A DNA stretch of 64,000 nt from an uncultured Verrucomicrobiae bacterium (lineage in GTDB: Bacteria; Verrucomicrobiota; Verrucomicrobiia; Chthoniobacterales; UBA10450), in the NCBI GenBank assembly GCA_963801815.1, contig CAWDGJ010000003.1, positions 480,001 through 544,000 on the forward strand. Reading direction: 5' to 3'. Position numbers and translations under genes: made by a program. Below the pieces are notes generated by a model that saw nothing but the letters and a program-made list of their open reading frames with translations, was not told the origin of the DNA and searched no databases. Shown here one piece after another: positions 29,339-42,607 of this stretch; positions within the stretch are counted from its first letter, which is position 1, and every line of letters begins with the position of its first letter.

Positions 29339-31732
29339 CTAACGGGCGATTGGATTTGCGCTGGTGGTGGCCTGAGTAACCTCGCGGCGCAGCGAGGCGG
29401 TGCTCTTGCCGCGAGCGCGTGTCCACCAAAGGACGATTGGCGACGCGATAAAGATCGACGAATACGTGCCGACGATCACGCCGACGAGGAAGGAGAACGC
29501 AAAGTCGTTGAGCACAGGGCCGCCGAAGAAATACAAGGCAAGAACGGTGAGCAAAACGGTGCCACCGGTCAGAATGGTGCGCGACAGCGTGTCGTTAATC
29601 GAGTGGTTCATGACTTCGGCGATAGAACCTGAGAGGCGATCGCGCAGGCCGCTGCGGATTCGGTCGAAGACGACGATCTTATCGTTAATCGAGTACCCGG
29701 CGATGGTGAGGATCGCCGCGACCATGATGAGCGAAAGCTCGCGTCCGCTGAGCGCGAAGATTCCGAGAGTGATAACCAGATCGTGTGCCAGCGCGGCGAG
29801 CGACCCGACCGCGAACGAGGTGCCGAATCGCATGCTCACATAGATAAAGATCCCGACAAGGCCGAGTGTAAGAGCAAGCGCGCTCTTGCTCGCCAGTTCC
29901 TTTCCAACCAGCGCGCCGACGTGGTCGGTCTGTTCGAATTTCAAACCTGCAGTCGGAAGGGCTTCTTGTAATCGCGCCCGGATTTTGTCAGCAGTGCCGG
30001 CCTCGGAACGGATACCGATCAGGTCGCGATTGGCGACTCGCTCAGATTGGATCACGCTGTTTTGAAGCCCGGTGTTCGCTAGCGCGGCGCGAATTTGATC
30101 TGGGGTCAGCTTTTGAGTTGCGGACAGAACCATTAAATCGCCGCCTTTGAAATCGGCGCCGAGGTTGCGCTCACCGCGAACAAAAAGAACCGCGAGACTC
30201 AGGACCACCGCGGTTCCGGAAATGAGGATGAATTTCTTGGCGTGTCCGAGAAAATCGAAATCTTTCGATCGGATGAGGTGGAGCATCGACACCTTCTTCA
30301 AGATGTTCAGGGCGAACGCCCACGAGAAACAAGTATAGGTGACGAGCAGCGACGAGAACATCGAAGCGACAATGCCGATCGTCAGTGTCAGCGCGAAACC
30401 TTTGACCGGGCCGCTGGCGAGCCAGAACAAAATGACCGCGGTGAGGAACTGCGTGACGTGCGCGTCGAAGATCGCGCTAAACGCCTTTTGATATGACGTG
30501 TCGATCGACGTGCGCAGTGTCTTGCCCTGCTTAATCTCGTCGCGCAGGCGTTCATAGATCAGAACGTTGGCGTCGACCGCGATACCAAGGCTGAGAATTA
30601 ATCCTGCAATACCGGGGAGCGTGAGCACGCTGTTAAACATGCCGAGCGCACCGACGACCATGATGCAGTTGATTGCCAGCGCGATGTCCGCGATGAGGCC
30701 GACCAGCCGGTAATAAATGATCATGAATACCACGACCAAGGCGAAGCCGGCGATGCCGGAATAGATGCCGCTCTTAATAGAATCGCTGCCGAGACTGGCG
30801 GATACCTGGCGTTCCTCCTCGATTTTCACCGGCGTCTGCAATGGATTCTCGAGCACGCTTGCCAGTCCGCGGGCCTCGGTCTCATCAAACTTGCCGGTAA
30901 TAATCGCGTCGCCGCCGTAAATTGCATCGCGGATGACGGGCGCCGATTGAATCACCCCGTCGAGCACAATCGCGAAACGATGGCCTTTGTTCGCTGCGGT
31001 GATCTCGCCAAACTTTTTCGCGCCTTCGCCGTCGAACTTTAGCTGCACCGTCCAGCCTTCGTTTCCGTAGTAGGCATGAGATTCACGGACGTGATCACCG
31101 CCCAGATCGGCTTTCTTTTTGACGAGAAGCCGCTCCACTTTTGGTTTTTCGTTCTCTTCACCTCGCATCGTATACGTTTCGATACGGTAGTCGGGCGGGA
31201 TCACTTCCTGGCCTTTATCGATCTTGTCCAAGCGGTCGCCGTTGTCGGGATAGACGAGGCGAAACTCGAGCTTGGCGACGCGTGAAAGCTGGTCGCGCGC
31301 TTCCTGGATTTTTCCGGCATCAAGGCCGGGAATCTGAACGAGGATCCGGTCCGTTCCCTGCGGTGTGATGATTGGCTCGCTGACGCCGAATTGATCGACA
31401 CGCTTGCGGATCGCCTCGATCGCCTGGTCCACCATTGACTTGGTGATCGGGCGCTTCGTTCCGTCAGGGCTGGCCGCCGGTTCCAACCGAATCAAAAAGG
31501 AGGTGCCGCCTTGTAAATCGAGGCCGAGATGGATTTTGCCAGGGCGAAGGATTGTTCCGTCCGGGCGTTTTTGGTCGAACGGCGGATAGGTCGATGCAAG
31601 GCACAATGTCGTGATCGCGATAGTCAGGACCGTTCCCAAAAGTCGGCGGATTCGTTCGTTATCGGTTGCAAAGTACCAACCGAACAAGATCAGCAGACCG
31701 ATACCGGCGAAAAATGTGGCTGCAGGACTCAT
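29339..31732 (-). CDS. secDF: Fused protein translocase subunit SecDF
   Basis: LGLDLQGG, RVD.FGVSEP, TLPGIAG...VDANVL.YER; DF.GG, GYSIND..V.FDRIR, GTYSS. Confidence 0.97.
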   Translation of the reverse strand: MSPAATFFAGIGLLILFGWYFATDNERIRRLLGTVLTIAITTLCLASTYPPFDQKRPDGTILRPGKIHLGLDLQGGTSFLIRLEPAASPDGTKRPITKSMVDQAIEAIRKRVDQFGVSEPIITPQGTDRILVQIPGLDAGKIQEARDQLSRVAKLEFRLVYPDNGDRLDKIDKGQEVIPPDYRIETYTMRGEENEKPKVERLLVKKKADLGGDHVRESHAYYGNEGWTVQLKFDGEGAKKFGEITAANKGHRFAIVLDGVIQSAPVIRDAIYGGDAIITGKFDETEARGLASVLENPLQTPVKIEEERQVSASLGSDSIKSGIYSGIAGFALVVVFMIIYYRLVGLIADIALAINCIMVVGALGMFNSVLTLPGIAGLILSLGIAVDANVLIYERLRDEIKQGKTLRTSIDTSYQKAFSAIFDAHVTQFLTAVILFWLASGPVKGFALTLTIGIVASMFSSLLVTYTCFSWAFALNILKKVSMLHLIRSKDFDFLGHAKKFILISGTAVVLSLAVLFVRGERNLGADFKGGDLMVLSATQKLTPDQIRAALANTGLQNSVIQSERVANRDLIGIRSEAGTADKIRARLQEALPTAGLKFEQTDHVGALVGKELASKSALALTLGLVGIFIYVSMRFGTSFAVGSLAALAHDLVITLGIFALSGRELSLIMVAAILTIAGYSINDKIVVFDRIRSGLRDRLSGSIAEVMNHSINDTLSRTILTGGTVLLTVLALYFFGGPVLNDFAFSFLVGVIVGTYSSIFIASPIVLWWTRARGKSTASLRREVTQATTSANPIAR

Positions 31733-31762
31733 GCGATGTTTGATCTGCTCATTTCTTCAGGC

Positions 31763-31790
31763 TCTCGACACTCAACCATCGACTCTCAAC
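31763..31790. repeat. 7-bp tandem array at the yajC/secDF junction
   Basis: TCTCGAC ACTCAAC CATCGAC TCTCAAC; contains the yajC stop codon. Confidence 0.6.
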
Positions 31791-32103
31791 TTTCTTTTAG
31801 CACATTCGTAACCGCGGATTTTTCCACTTCGATCTTCACGTTGTCGGCCACCTTCAACATCACAGTGGTTTCCTTCACGTTTGCGATCAATCCATGAATG
31901 CCGGCATTGGTCACGACTTTGTCACCTGTTTTCAAGGCGGAGACCAGCCGCTGCTGTTCCTGTTGCCGCTTCTTCTGCGGCCGGAACAGCATGAAGTACA
32001 TAATAATAAAGATGAAAATGAACGGGACAAAGTAACCAAAACCGCCGCCCGGACCCGGGGCCGGCGTTGCAGGCTGCGCTTGAGCTAGAAGCTGGAACAT
32101 CAT
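31786..32103 (-). CDS. yajC: Preprotein translocase subunit YajC
   Basis: YF...RPQ.K, L..GD.VVT..GI.G; lies between tgt and secDF. Confidence 0.95.
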   Translation of the reverse strand: MMFQLLAQAQPATPAPGPGGGFGYFVPFIFIFIIMYFMLFRPQKKRQQEQQRLVSALKTGDKVVTNAGIHGLIANVKETTVMLKVADNVKIEVEKSAVTNVLKES

Positions 32104-32166
32104 CGGAAAAACTTTGAGGGAGGCCGGACTTTAATCCTGAACGCTCCGGCTGCAACGCTGTTTGTT

Positions 32167-32224
32167 GTAGAGGCGCTTGTCTCAAGCGCCTGTCTATTAA
32201 TTCGGCGTTTGAGAACAAACGCCG

Positions 32225-32228
<4 letters not shown>
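32167..32228. repeat. Inverted GTAG REP doublet overlapping the tgt stop
   Basis: GTAG-AGGCGCTTG-TCT-CAAGCGCCT ... GGCGTTTG-AGAA-CAAACGCC-GCTAC. Confidence 0.75.
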
Positions 32229-33432
<1,204 letters not shown>

Positions 33433-33489
33433 CCGCGCAGAGATTCCGCGCAATCGCGGCGTAAAACAAATTCGGACGCAAAATAATCT

Positions 33490-33518
33490 TTGCGGGGCAC
33501 GATTTTCTCCTCTATAGT
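33490..33518 (+). promoter_or_regulatory. Putative sigma70 promoter of the str/S10 cluster
   Basis: TTGCGG-17 nt-TATAGT with A/T-rich upstream tract. Confidence 0.6.
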
Positions 33519-33623
33519 CGCGGCTCACCGCATCAGGCGCGTGACAGTGTGTTAACGCGGCTTGAGCGGGTTTTTTTGTCGCCCGGATTTGAACCCCGTT
33601 CGGGCGGCGCATTGTTTAGAAAA

Positions 33624-34054
33624 ATGCCAACGATTAATCAGCTTGATTCGCAAAGGACGAAGGAAGGTGTCGGTGAAATCGAAGTCACCGGCCCTGACGA
33701 ATTGTCCTCAGCGGCGCGGCGTGTGCGTGCAGGTGATGACGCGCACGCCGAAGAAGCCGAATTCCGCCCTGCGCAAAGTGGCAAAGGTGCGCTTGACGAA
33801 TGGCCAGGAAGTGATTGCCTACATTCCGGGCGAAGGACACAATTTGCAGGAGCACTCGATCGTGCTCGTGCGCGGCGGACGAGTGAAGGATTTGCCGGGC
33901 GTGCGCTACCACATTGTGCGCGGCACGCTCGACAGTCTCGGCGTCGATGGACGCCGCCGGAGCCGTTCCAAGTACGGAGCGAAGCGTCCGAAAGGGGCGC
34001 GGCGGTGGAGGCGGTGCCGCCAAGGCGGCGCCCGCAGCCGCGGAGAAGAAGTAA
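33624..34054 (+). CDS. rpsL: 30S ribosomal protein S12 (frameshifted)
   Basis: [32 protein letters not shown]. Confidence 0.96.
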
Positions 34055-34076
34055 ATTTTGAAGAACAAGGCCGACA

Positions 34077-34551
<475 letters not shown>

Positions 34552-34556
34552 CGATT

Positions 34557-36745
34557 ATGGCCACGGCGACTCTCGAGAAAAAATCAGGCGCAGCGAAGAA
34601 TCCGAATTCGCCGAATCGCAAGTTCCCGCTCGAGCGGACGCGGAACATCGGGATCGCCGCGCACATTGACGCCGGCAAGACGACGCATGACCGAGCGCAT
34701 TCTGTTTTACACCGGCATGATCCACAAGATGGGTGAGGTGCACGAAGGCACCACCGTGACCGACTGGATGGAGCAGGAACGCGAGCGCGGAATCACGATC
34801 ACTTCCGCCGCGACGACCTGCAGCTGGTCGCAGAAAAAAGAAGAAGGCGTTTACAAAATTTTCGAAGGCATCAAACAGCGGATCAACATCATCGACACTC
34901 CGGGTCACGTCGATTTCACGGCGGAGGTGGAGCGTTCGCTGCGCGTGCTCGACGGCGCGATCGCGGTTTTCGACGGCGTCGCCGGCGTGCAGCCGCAATC
35001 GGAAACGGTCTGGCGGCAGGCGACGAAATACAACGTTCCGCGCATCGCGTTCATTAATAAGATGGACCGCGTCGGCGCCGATTTCGCGATGTCGGTCGAC
35101 AGCATGCACAAGAAACTCGGCGCGAATGCGTGGCCGGTTCTGATGCCGCTCGGCAGGGAAGATCAGCTCAAGGGCCAGCTCGACGTCATTAATAAGAAGG
35201 CGATCATTTATTCCGACAACGACCAGCTGGGATCGACCTACGAAGTGACCGACGTTCCCGAAGGAACATGTCGATGCGGTCGAGAAGGCCTACAACGATC
35301 TGGTCGAGCAGATTTCGAATATCGACGATCGAAGTCGCCGAAGTCGTTCTCGAAGAGAAGCCGGTTACGCCGGAGATGTTGAAGGCGGGCATTCGCCGGC
35401 AAACGATCGCGAACAAATTTGTGCCGGTGATCGGCGGCTCGGCGTTCAAGAACATCGGCGTGCAATATCTGGTCGACGCGGTGGTCGATTATCTGCCGAG
35501 CCCGCTCGACATTCCGCCGGCCAAAGGCATGGAGCCCGATACGCACGAGCCGATGGAAGCGCCGACGGACGACAACGGAAATTTCTGCTCGCTCGCGTTC
35601 AAGCTGTGGAGCGATCCATTCGTCGGCAAGCTCGTTTTCTTCCGCGTTTATTCCGGGCACGCTGACCAAGGGCGACACGGTTTACAATCCGCGCACGAAC
35701 AAGCGCGAGCGCATCTCGCGTTTGATCCAGATTCAGGCCGACAAGCGCGAGGACATCGAGACCTGTTACTCGGGCGACATCGCGGCGATCGTCGGAATCA
35801 AGAACATCACGACCGGCGACACGCTTTGCGACGAGGATCATCCGATCCTGCTCGAGCCGCCGTCGTTTCCTGATCCGGTTATTTCAATGGCGATCGAGCC
35901 GAAGACGAAGCTGGACCAGGAAAAAATGGGCATCGCGCTGCAGCGTCTCGCCGAAGAGGATCCGACTTTCCGCGTTTACACGCACGAAGACACCGGCCAG
36001 ACGATCATCGCCGGCATGGGCGAGCTGCATTTGGAAATCATTCGCGACCGCATGTTCCGCGAATTCAAAGTGGACGCGAACGCGGGCAAACCGCAGATCG
36101 CGTATCGCGAGACGATCACCGCCAACGCGCATGGCGATGGCAAGTTGATCAAGCAATCCGGCGGCCGCGGTCAGTACGGCCACGTCGAAGTCGAGGTGCG
36201 CCCGAGCGAGCGCGGCAAGGGCATCTACGTATCGAGAACAAGATCGTCGGCGGAATTATTCCGACGGAATACATCCCGGCCGTGCAAGAAGGGCATCGAA
36301 GAAGCGGTGCTCAACGGCGTGCTCGGCGGTTATCCGGTGATCGATGTCGAGTCGACATCGTGTTACGGAAGTTTCCACGACGTCGATTCGAACGAACTCG
36401 CGTTCAAGATGGCGGCAATTTTTGCGATGAAAGACGGCTTTCAAGAAGGCCAAACCGATCCTGCTCGAGCCGATCATGAAGGTCGAAAACATCACGCCGG
36501 AAGAATATCAGGGCGACATCTGCGGCGACTTGAATCGTCGCCGCGGCAGCATCAACAGCATCGAACCGCGCGGCAATCTCACGATCGTTCACGCCGAAGT
36601 TCCGCTCGCGGAAATGTTCGGTTACGCGACCGCGATCCGTTCGCTTTCGAAAGGCCGCTCGAGTTATTCGATGGAGCCGTCACATTTCGAACAGGTGCCG
36701 CAGCAACTGGTCGCGGCCATTCTCGATCAGAAGGAGACGAAATGA
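34557..36745 (+). CDS. fusA: Elongation factor G (frameshifted)
   Basis: [49 protein letters not shown]. Confidence 0.97.
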
Positions 36746-37053
36746 CCGACGGCCAACGCATTCGCATTCGTTTGAAGGCATTCGATCATCGCATGCTCGA
36801 TCAATCCGCGGTCGACATCGTCGAGACGGCGAAGCGCACCGGCGCGCGCGTGGCCGGTCCGATTCCGCTGCCGACGTTGATCGAAAAATTCACGGTGAAC
36901 CGTTCTCCGCACGTCGACAAAAAGTCGATGGACCAATTTGAAATTCGCACGCACAAACGGCTGCTCGACATCATCGAGCCGACCGCAAAGACGGTGGATG
37001 AGTTGAAGAAGCTGAACCTGCCGGCGGGCGTGGATATTACGATTAAGATTTAG
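36742..37053 (+). CDS. rpsJ: 30S ribosomal protein S10
   Basis: [28 protein letters not shown]. Confidence 0.98.
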   Translation: MTDGQRIRIRLKAFDHRMLDQSAVDIVETAKRTGARVAGPIPLPTLIEKFTVNRSPHVDKKSMDQFEIRTHKRLLDIIEPTAKTVDELKKLNLPAGVDITIKI

Positions 37054-37079
37054 CTGCTTGAGAATTTTCGCACGCCAAC

Positions 37080-37842
37080 ATGAGCATCGGTTTACTAGGA
37101 CAAAAAATCGGCATGACCAGCGTCTACGACGCCAATGGTCGGCTGCATCCTGTGACCGTGATCGCGGCGGGCGATAACGCTCTCTTGCGCCGCCTGACGC
37201 AGGAGAACGACGGCTACTCCGCGATCCAAGTCGGGTTCGATTCGCAAAAGGAATCGCGCGTGACGAAAGCAGAACTCGGCGTTTTCAAGAAGGCGCGACT
37301 CCGAGCCGAAACGATTCGTTCGCGAATTTCGCCTGAAGGCCGACGCGCCGGACGGCGAAATCAATCTGACCGTCACGCAATTCCAGGCCGGCGATTTCGT
37401 CGATGTGATCGGTCGCTCAAAGGGCAAAGGCTTCCAAGGCGTGATGAAGAAGCACAACTTCCACGGTCAGGGCGCCGCGCACGGTTCGAAGACGCACCGC
37501 CGCAACGGCGCGATCGGCAATCGTTCCACGCCGGGTCGGATTTGGAAGAACATGGGCATGCCCGGCCACATGGGCGACGAGCGTGTGACGGTGCAGAATC
37601 TGCAAGTCATGCAGGTGCGCGAAGCGGAGAAAATCATTTTGGTGAGCGGCGCGGTGCCGGGATGCAACGGCAGTTATGTCGTCATTCGGCCGGCGATTAA
37701 GAATCCAGCTGCGCAGATCGCTTTGCACAAACAGCACGCGAAACAAGACACCGCCGTGCATAAGAAGGCCGAGGGTTCCAAGAAAGCTGACGAGAAGAAG
37801 CCCGAGAAAAAGCCTGAAGCCGCTAAGGAGCAAAAGAAATGA
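37080..37842 (+). CDS. rplC: 50S ribosomal protein L3 (frameshifted; Lys/Glu tail)
   Basis: [26 protein letters not shown]. Confidence 0.96.
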
Positions 37843-38446
37843 GCGCGAAAGTTTTAACTAAAGCGGCGGCCAAGGAAGCGAAAATCGACATGATTGAGGA
37901 TGGTCGCGGAACGCAGGCAGTTCACGATGTGGTAGTCGCGATGCGAGCTGCGCGTCGTTCCGGTTCCGCGAACACAAAAACGAAAGCCGAAGTCGATCTG
38001 TCCGGCGCGAAACCGTGGCGACAAAAAGGAACTGGCCGGGCCCGCGCAGGTTATGATTCATCGCCCGTTTGGCGTGGCGGCGGCGTCGTGTTCGGCCGAA
38101 GCCGCGCGATTATTCCAAGAAAGTTTCGAAATCGGTCCGGCGTCTCGCCTTGCAGAAAGCATTGAGCGAGCGAATTAAGGCCGGCGACGTCCTGACGATC
38201 GACAAGTTCGCCGTCTCGGAAATCAAGACCAAGGCATTTGTCGATCTTGTCCGGAAACAAACCGACGCGGAAAAGGTGCTGATCATTTCCGATTCGTTCG
38301 ACGACAAGACCCACAAATCGTCGCGCAATGTGAAGCCGGTAATACTGGCGACTGCAGCGGACGTGAACACGGAGCAACTGCTTGCATTCGAGAAGATTTT
38401 GGTGACGTCGAAGGCGCTCGAGCAACTGGCGGAGAGATTGCAATGA
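37839..38446 (+). CDS. rplD: 50S ribosomal protein L4 (frameshifted)
   Basis: [21 protein letters not shown]. Confidence 0.96.
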
Positions 38447-38723
38447 ACGAACCGTACGACATTATCCAGACCGCTTCGTTGACCGAGAAGTCGACGCTGC
38501 TCGGCGAGAAGCAGAACAAATACGTTTTCCGCGTCAGCCCGCGCGCGAACAAGATTCAGATCAAACAGGCGATCGAGCGTTTGTTCCAGAAGAAGGTCGT
38601 CGATGTGAACACGTGCAATTACGCCGGCAAAAAGAAGCGTGAGCGCGGACCGCTCGGACGGCGCGCGCATTGGAAAAAGGCGATCGTGACGCTGCAGAAG
38701 GCGAAAAGATCGATCTGGTTTAA
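38443..38723 (+). CDS. rplW: 50S ribosomal protein L23 (3' frameshift makes an artificial fusion to L2)
   Basis: [22 protein letters not shown]. Confidence 0.93.
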
Positions 38724-38727
38724 TTTT

Positions 38728-39576
38728 ATGGCACTCAAAAATTATCGTCCACTCACACCGACCCAGCGTTTCAAACAAACGCCGGCCTTCGATGAGATTA
38801 CGAAATGGACGCCGGCGAAGAGTCTGCTCGAGCCGAAGAAAAAAAGCGGCGGCCGCAACAACAACGGCCGCCTGACTTCGCGCCACATCGGCGGCGGGCA
38901 CAAGCAGAAATACCGCAAAGTCGATTTCAAACGCCGCAAACATGGCGTGACTGCGGAAGTTGTCGGAGTCGAATACGATCCGAACCGCTCCGCGCGCATC
39001 GCTCTCATCAAGTACACCGATGGGGAGATGAGCTACATCCTCGCGCCGGACGGACTGCAGGTTGGCGCCAAGGTTGTCGCGGGCAACGACGCCGCGCCTG
39101 AACTTGGCAATTCATTGCCGCTTCGCGCGATTCCGCTCGGCACAAACATTCACAACATCGAGCTCAGCCCCGGACGCGGCGGCCAGATTGCGCGAAGCGC
39201 CGGTCAGCAGGCGATCTTGAACAACCGCGAAGGTGGTTACGCGCTGGTGAAAATGCCATCGGGCGAAATCCGCCGGATTCACGAGAACTGTTTCGCGACC
39301 ATCGGCCAGGTTGGCAACGTCGATCACATGAACGTTTCCAGCGGCAAAGCCGGTCGCACGCGTTGGCAGGGACGCCGGCCGCATGTCCGCGGCATGGTGA
39401 TGAACCCGATCGATCACCCGATGGGTGGCGGTCAGGGCAAATCGAAGGGCGGCGGAGGACGTCATCATCCGGTGAGTCCGTGGGGACAGTTGGCGAAAGG
39501 ATTTAAGACCCGCGCGAAGCATAAGCCGAGCGACCGCTTCATTCTGGAACGTCGCCGCAGCAAGAAGAAAGTTTGA
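38728..39576 (+). CDS. rplB: 50S ribosomal protein L2
   Basis: [27 protein letters not shown]. Confidence 0.98.
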   Translation: MALKNYRPLTPTQRFKQTPAFDEITKWTPAKSLLEPKKKSGGRNNNGRLTSRHIGGGHKQKYRKVDFKRRKHGVTAEVVGVEYDPNRSARIALIKYTDGEMSYILAPDGLQVGAKVVAGNDAAPELGNSLPLRAIPLGTNIHNIELSPGRGGQIARSAGQQAILNNREGGYALVKMPSGEIRRIHENCFATIGQVGNVDHMNVSSGKAGRTRWQGRRPHVRGMVMNPIDHPMGGGQGKSKGGGGRHHPVSPWGQLAKGFKTRAKHKPSDRFILERRRSKKKV

Positions 39577-39581
39577 TTTTT

Positions 39582-39861
39582 ATGGCAAGATCGTTAAAAA
39601 AAGGACCCTTCGTCGAATCGCATCTTCTGGAGAAGATCGACAAGATGAATGCCTCGGGCTCAAAGAAAGCCGATCAAGACCTGGTCGCGCCGCTCGATGG
39701 TGACGCCGGATTTTGTCGGCCACACGTTCCTGGTGCACAACGGAAAGATATTCAATTCCGTTTTTGTGACCGAGAACATGGTCGGACATAAACTCGGCGA
39801 GTTTTCGGCTACGCGAATCTTTAAGAAACATGGTTCGCACACGGCGAAGGTGACGAAGTAG
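39582..39861 (+). CDS. rpsS: 30S ribosomal protein S19 (frameshifted)
   Basis: [27 protein letters not shown]. Confidence 0.96.
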
Positions 39862-40704
39862 TTGAGGATTTTTTTAGCAGTTTGCGGAGGCGTCGTCGCG
39901 GCTTCGGTTGCGCAGGCGCAGGGAAATAGTTCTTTGACAGAATCCAAAATTGAAAGCGCTGTGGAGGCAGGCGTCTCGCCTGCACCATCTGGGGATTTGC
40001 AGCCGGGAGGGCTGCCACCACAGGTGACCGCGGAGTCACTGCTTCGGCAGAACGAAGAATTGCGCAGGCAATTGTCGATCCAGCAGCAATCGCTCAAGAC
40101 GTTGACGGCGAGTCTGGCGGAATCGAATGCCGAAGCGGAAGGTTTCCGGCGCAAGTTCGCGGATTTGGAATCGCGAATGGAAGCGTTCGGACTCGCGTCG
40201 GCGAGCAAGGATCGAGCAAAGCTCGAGCAGCGATTGCTTGCGGCGGTGAGCGATCTCCGGCTCGCGCAGAAAGAGCGCGAGCAACTTCGCGATCAACTGC
40301 TCGGTTTGAACGAAGCTCTCTTGCAATATTTGCAAACATCGCAAGGCGGTGATGCGCAGGCGCGAGTGGATGTGGAAGCGCAGTTGCGCAAAACGAACGA
40401 CCTGGTGGGGAGATCGATCCCACCGTGGCAGGACGCGAAGGAGCCGCAAGCAGGTTTGATGGACGCCACGGTGCTTAGCGTAAAAGACGAATGGTCATTC
40501 GTGGTTGCGAACATCGGCGAGCAGCACGGCGTGAAGATTGGAATGCCGCTGCGAGTGATGCGCGGCGATACGAAGATTGCGACGTTACGCGTGGTGGATG
40601 TGCGCCAGCGGATTTGCGGCGCAGTGATTGAGGATTCTGGGACGGAAAAAATTAAAGTGGGGGATCGACTCCAGGTGGATGCCTCAAAGGTGAGTGTGAG
40701 ATGA
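39862..40704 (+). CDS. Exported coiled-coil protein with C-terminal beta-barrel (FlgT-C-like), inside the S10 operon
   Basis: TTG directly after rpsS stop; signal peptide ending AQA; heptad-rich middle; VV.N.G...GV..G..L...R....A...V..V.........GD pattern. Confidence 0.75.
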   Translation: MRIFLAVCGGVVAASVAQAQGNSSLTESKIESAVEAGVSPAPSGDLQPGGLPPQVTAESLLRQNEELRRQLSIQQQSLKTLTASLAESNAEAEGFRRKFADLESRMEAFGLASASKDRAKLEQRLLAAVSDLRLAQKEREQLRDQLLGLNEALLQYLQTSQGGDAQARVDVEAQLRKTNDLVGRSIPPWQDAKEPQAGLMDATVLSVKDEWSFVVANIGEQHGVKIGMPLRVMRGDTKIATLRVVDVRQRICGAVIEDSGTEKIKVGDRLQVDASKVSVR

Positions 40705-40705
40705 A

Positions 40706-40771
40706 AGATTGAAGAGTTGAAGCGTTAAAGCGGACGTCGCTGTAACGCTTCAGCGTTTCAACGCTTAAACG
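40706..40771. repeat. 8-bp-periodic imperfect palindrome
   Basis: AGATTGAA GAGTTGAA GCGTTAAA GCG ... TAACGCTT CAGCGTTT CAACGCTT AAACG. Confidence 0.65.
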
Positions 40772-40778
40772 AAAAACA

Positions 40779-41222
40779 ATGGAAGTTAGATCGACATATA
40801 GGTACGCGCGGATTTCGGCGTTCAAGGTGCGCGAAGTCACGCGCGAGATTCAGGGTCTGCCGGTTTCGGCAGCGCTCGACGTTCTCGCGTTTACGCCCAA
40901 GAAGGCAGCGTTCTTGATCAACAAGACGCTGAAGAGCGCGGTCGCCAATGCGGAGAACAACGCGAACTTGAAGGTCGACGGTCTGGTCGTGAAGGAAGCC
41001 GTCGTCGGCGAAGGTCCGACTATTAAACGAATGATGACTCGTGCGCGCGGAAGCGGATCGCGAATTTTGAAGCGGACCAGCCACATTCGAATCGTTTTGA
41101 CGGACGAAAAACCGGAGAAGGAAAAGCCGGCCACTGAGAAGACCGAAGAAAAGGCGGCGACAACGGCTGGGAAAAAACCGAAGAAGATCAAAAAGGGCGC
41201 GAAAGCGGCAACGAAGAAATAA
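40779..41222 (+). CDS. rplV: 50S ribosomal protein L22 with Lys-rich tail
   Basis: RIS..K.R, SA.ANA.NN, RARG....I.KRTSHI. Confidence 0.97.
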   Translation: MEVRSTYRYARISAFKVREVTREIQGLPVSAALDVLAFTPKKAAFLINKTLKSAVANAENNANLKVDGLVVKEAVVGEGPTIKRMMTRARGSGSRILKRTSHIRIVLTDEKPEKEKPATEKTEEKAATTAGKKPKKIKKGAKAATKK

Positions 41223-41227
41223 TTTGT

Positions 41228-41926
41228 ATGGGACAAAAAGTTAATCCAATTGGATTCCGTCTTGGCGTGAACCGCGACTGGCGTTCGCGCTGGTACGCGT
41301 CGCCGCAGGAGCTGCCAGCATTTCTGCACAGCGATCTCGAGATTCGCGATTACGTGAAGAAGAAACTGCAGTTCGCCGCGGTCGCGAAAATCGTGATCGA
41401 ACGCGCTGGAATCAGCATTCGCGTGACGATCCACACTGCGCGGCCCGGCATCGTGATCGGCCGCAAAGGCGCCGAGATCGAGAAGATGACCGAAGAAATT
41501 TCGAAGATGGCGCAGGGCAAACAGATCAAGATCGACATCCAGGAGATCAAAACGCCGGAGCTCGATGCGCAGCTGGTTGCCGAGAACGTTGCGTTGCAGA
41601 TCGAGCGCCGTATCGCCTATCGCCGCGCGATGAAGAAGGCGGTGCAAACTGCGATGGATTTTGGCGCGCAGGGAATTCGTTTGCGCAGCTCGGGCCGATT
41701 GAATGGCGCGGAAATTTCGCGCTCGGAATGGTATCGCGAAGGCAAAGTGCCGCTGCACACTCTGCGCACGCCGATCGATTACGGATTTGCCGAAGCGAAC
41801 ACAGTTTACGGAAAGATCGGTGTGAAATGCTGGATTTGTAAGAAGGAAGAAGCGCCGCCGAAATGCCAGCCGCACCACCGCCACCACCGCCGCCGCCGGT
41901 CGCGCCGGAGCCTAGTCGAATCGTAG
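41228..41926 (+). CDS. rpsC: 30S ribosomal protein S3
   Basis: MGQKVNP.GFRLG, RPG.VIG..G, GRL.GAE, PLHTLR..IDY. Confidence 0.98.
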   Translation: MGQKVNPIGFRLGVNRDWRSRWYASPQELPAFLHSDLEIRDYVKKKLQFAAVAKIVIERAGISIRVTIHTARPGIVIGRKGAEIEKMTEEISKMAQGKQIKIDIQEIKTPELDAQLVAENVALQIERRIAYRRAMKKAVQTAMDFGAQGIRLRSSGRLNGAEISRSEWYREGKVPLHTLRTPIDYGFAEANTVYGKIGVKCWICKKEEAPPKCQPHHRHHRRRRSRRSLVES

Positions 41927-41935
41927 GAGAATTTT

Positions 41936-42362
41936 ATGCCATTAATGCCCAAACGAGTGAAGTATCGCAAGACCCAGCGGGGAAGCCGCAAGGGGACTGC
42001 TTCGCGCAATCTGCGGATCGACTTCGGCGAGTTCGGTCTGCAAACGCTCGAGCGCGCCTGGATCACGAACACGCAGATCGAAGCCGCGCGTGTCGCGCTG
42101 ACTCGCAACATGAAGCGCAAAGGCAAACTCTGGATCCGGATTTTCCCCGACAAATCGGTGACCGCGCGCCCGCCGGAAACCCGAATGGGTAAAGGAAAAG
42201 GTCAGCCGGAATATTGGGTGGCGACGGTGAAACCGGGAAACATTTTGTTTGAACTGGACGGTCGTGACGGAATCGGTCGCGCGCGAATCGTTGCGCCTGG
42301 CGGCGGACAAGTTGCCGGTGCGCACGAAATTTCTCAGCCGTCACCACGTGGCCACGGCCTAA
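41936..42362 (+). CDS. rplP: 50S ribosomal protein L16 (frameshifted)
   Basis: PKR.KYRK, QIEAAR, WIRIFPD, RMGKGKG. Confidence 0.96.
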
Positions 42363-42367
42363 CGAAC

Positions 42368-42604
42368 ATGAAAATCAAGGAAATTGTGGAGATGAGTACG
42401 GATGAGTTGCTGACAAAGAAGCGCGATCTGCGCCAGGAACGATTGCATCTCCGTTTGCAACAGCAGAGCGGACAGCTCGAACAACCGAGCCGGCTGCGTT
42501 TGATCCGCCGCGACGTGGCGCGGATTGAAACGGTTCTTTCGAATCGCCCCAAGCAACCGCAGACGATTCCGGCCGAAGAGCCAAAGGCGAAAAAGAAGAA
42601 ATAA
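42368..42604 (+). CDS. rpmC: 50S ribosomal protein L29
   Basis: GQLEQP.R....RRD.AR..T; position after rplP. Confidence 0.93.
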   Translation: MKIKEIVEMSTDELLTKKRDLRQERLHLRLQQQSGQLEQPSRLRLIRRDVARIETVLSNRPKQPQTIPAEEPKAKKKK

Positions 42605-42607
42605 TTT

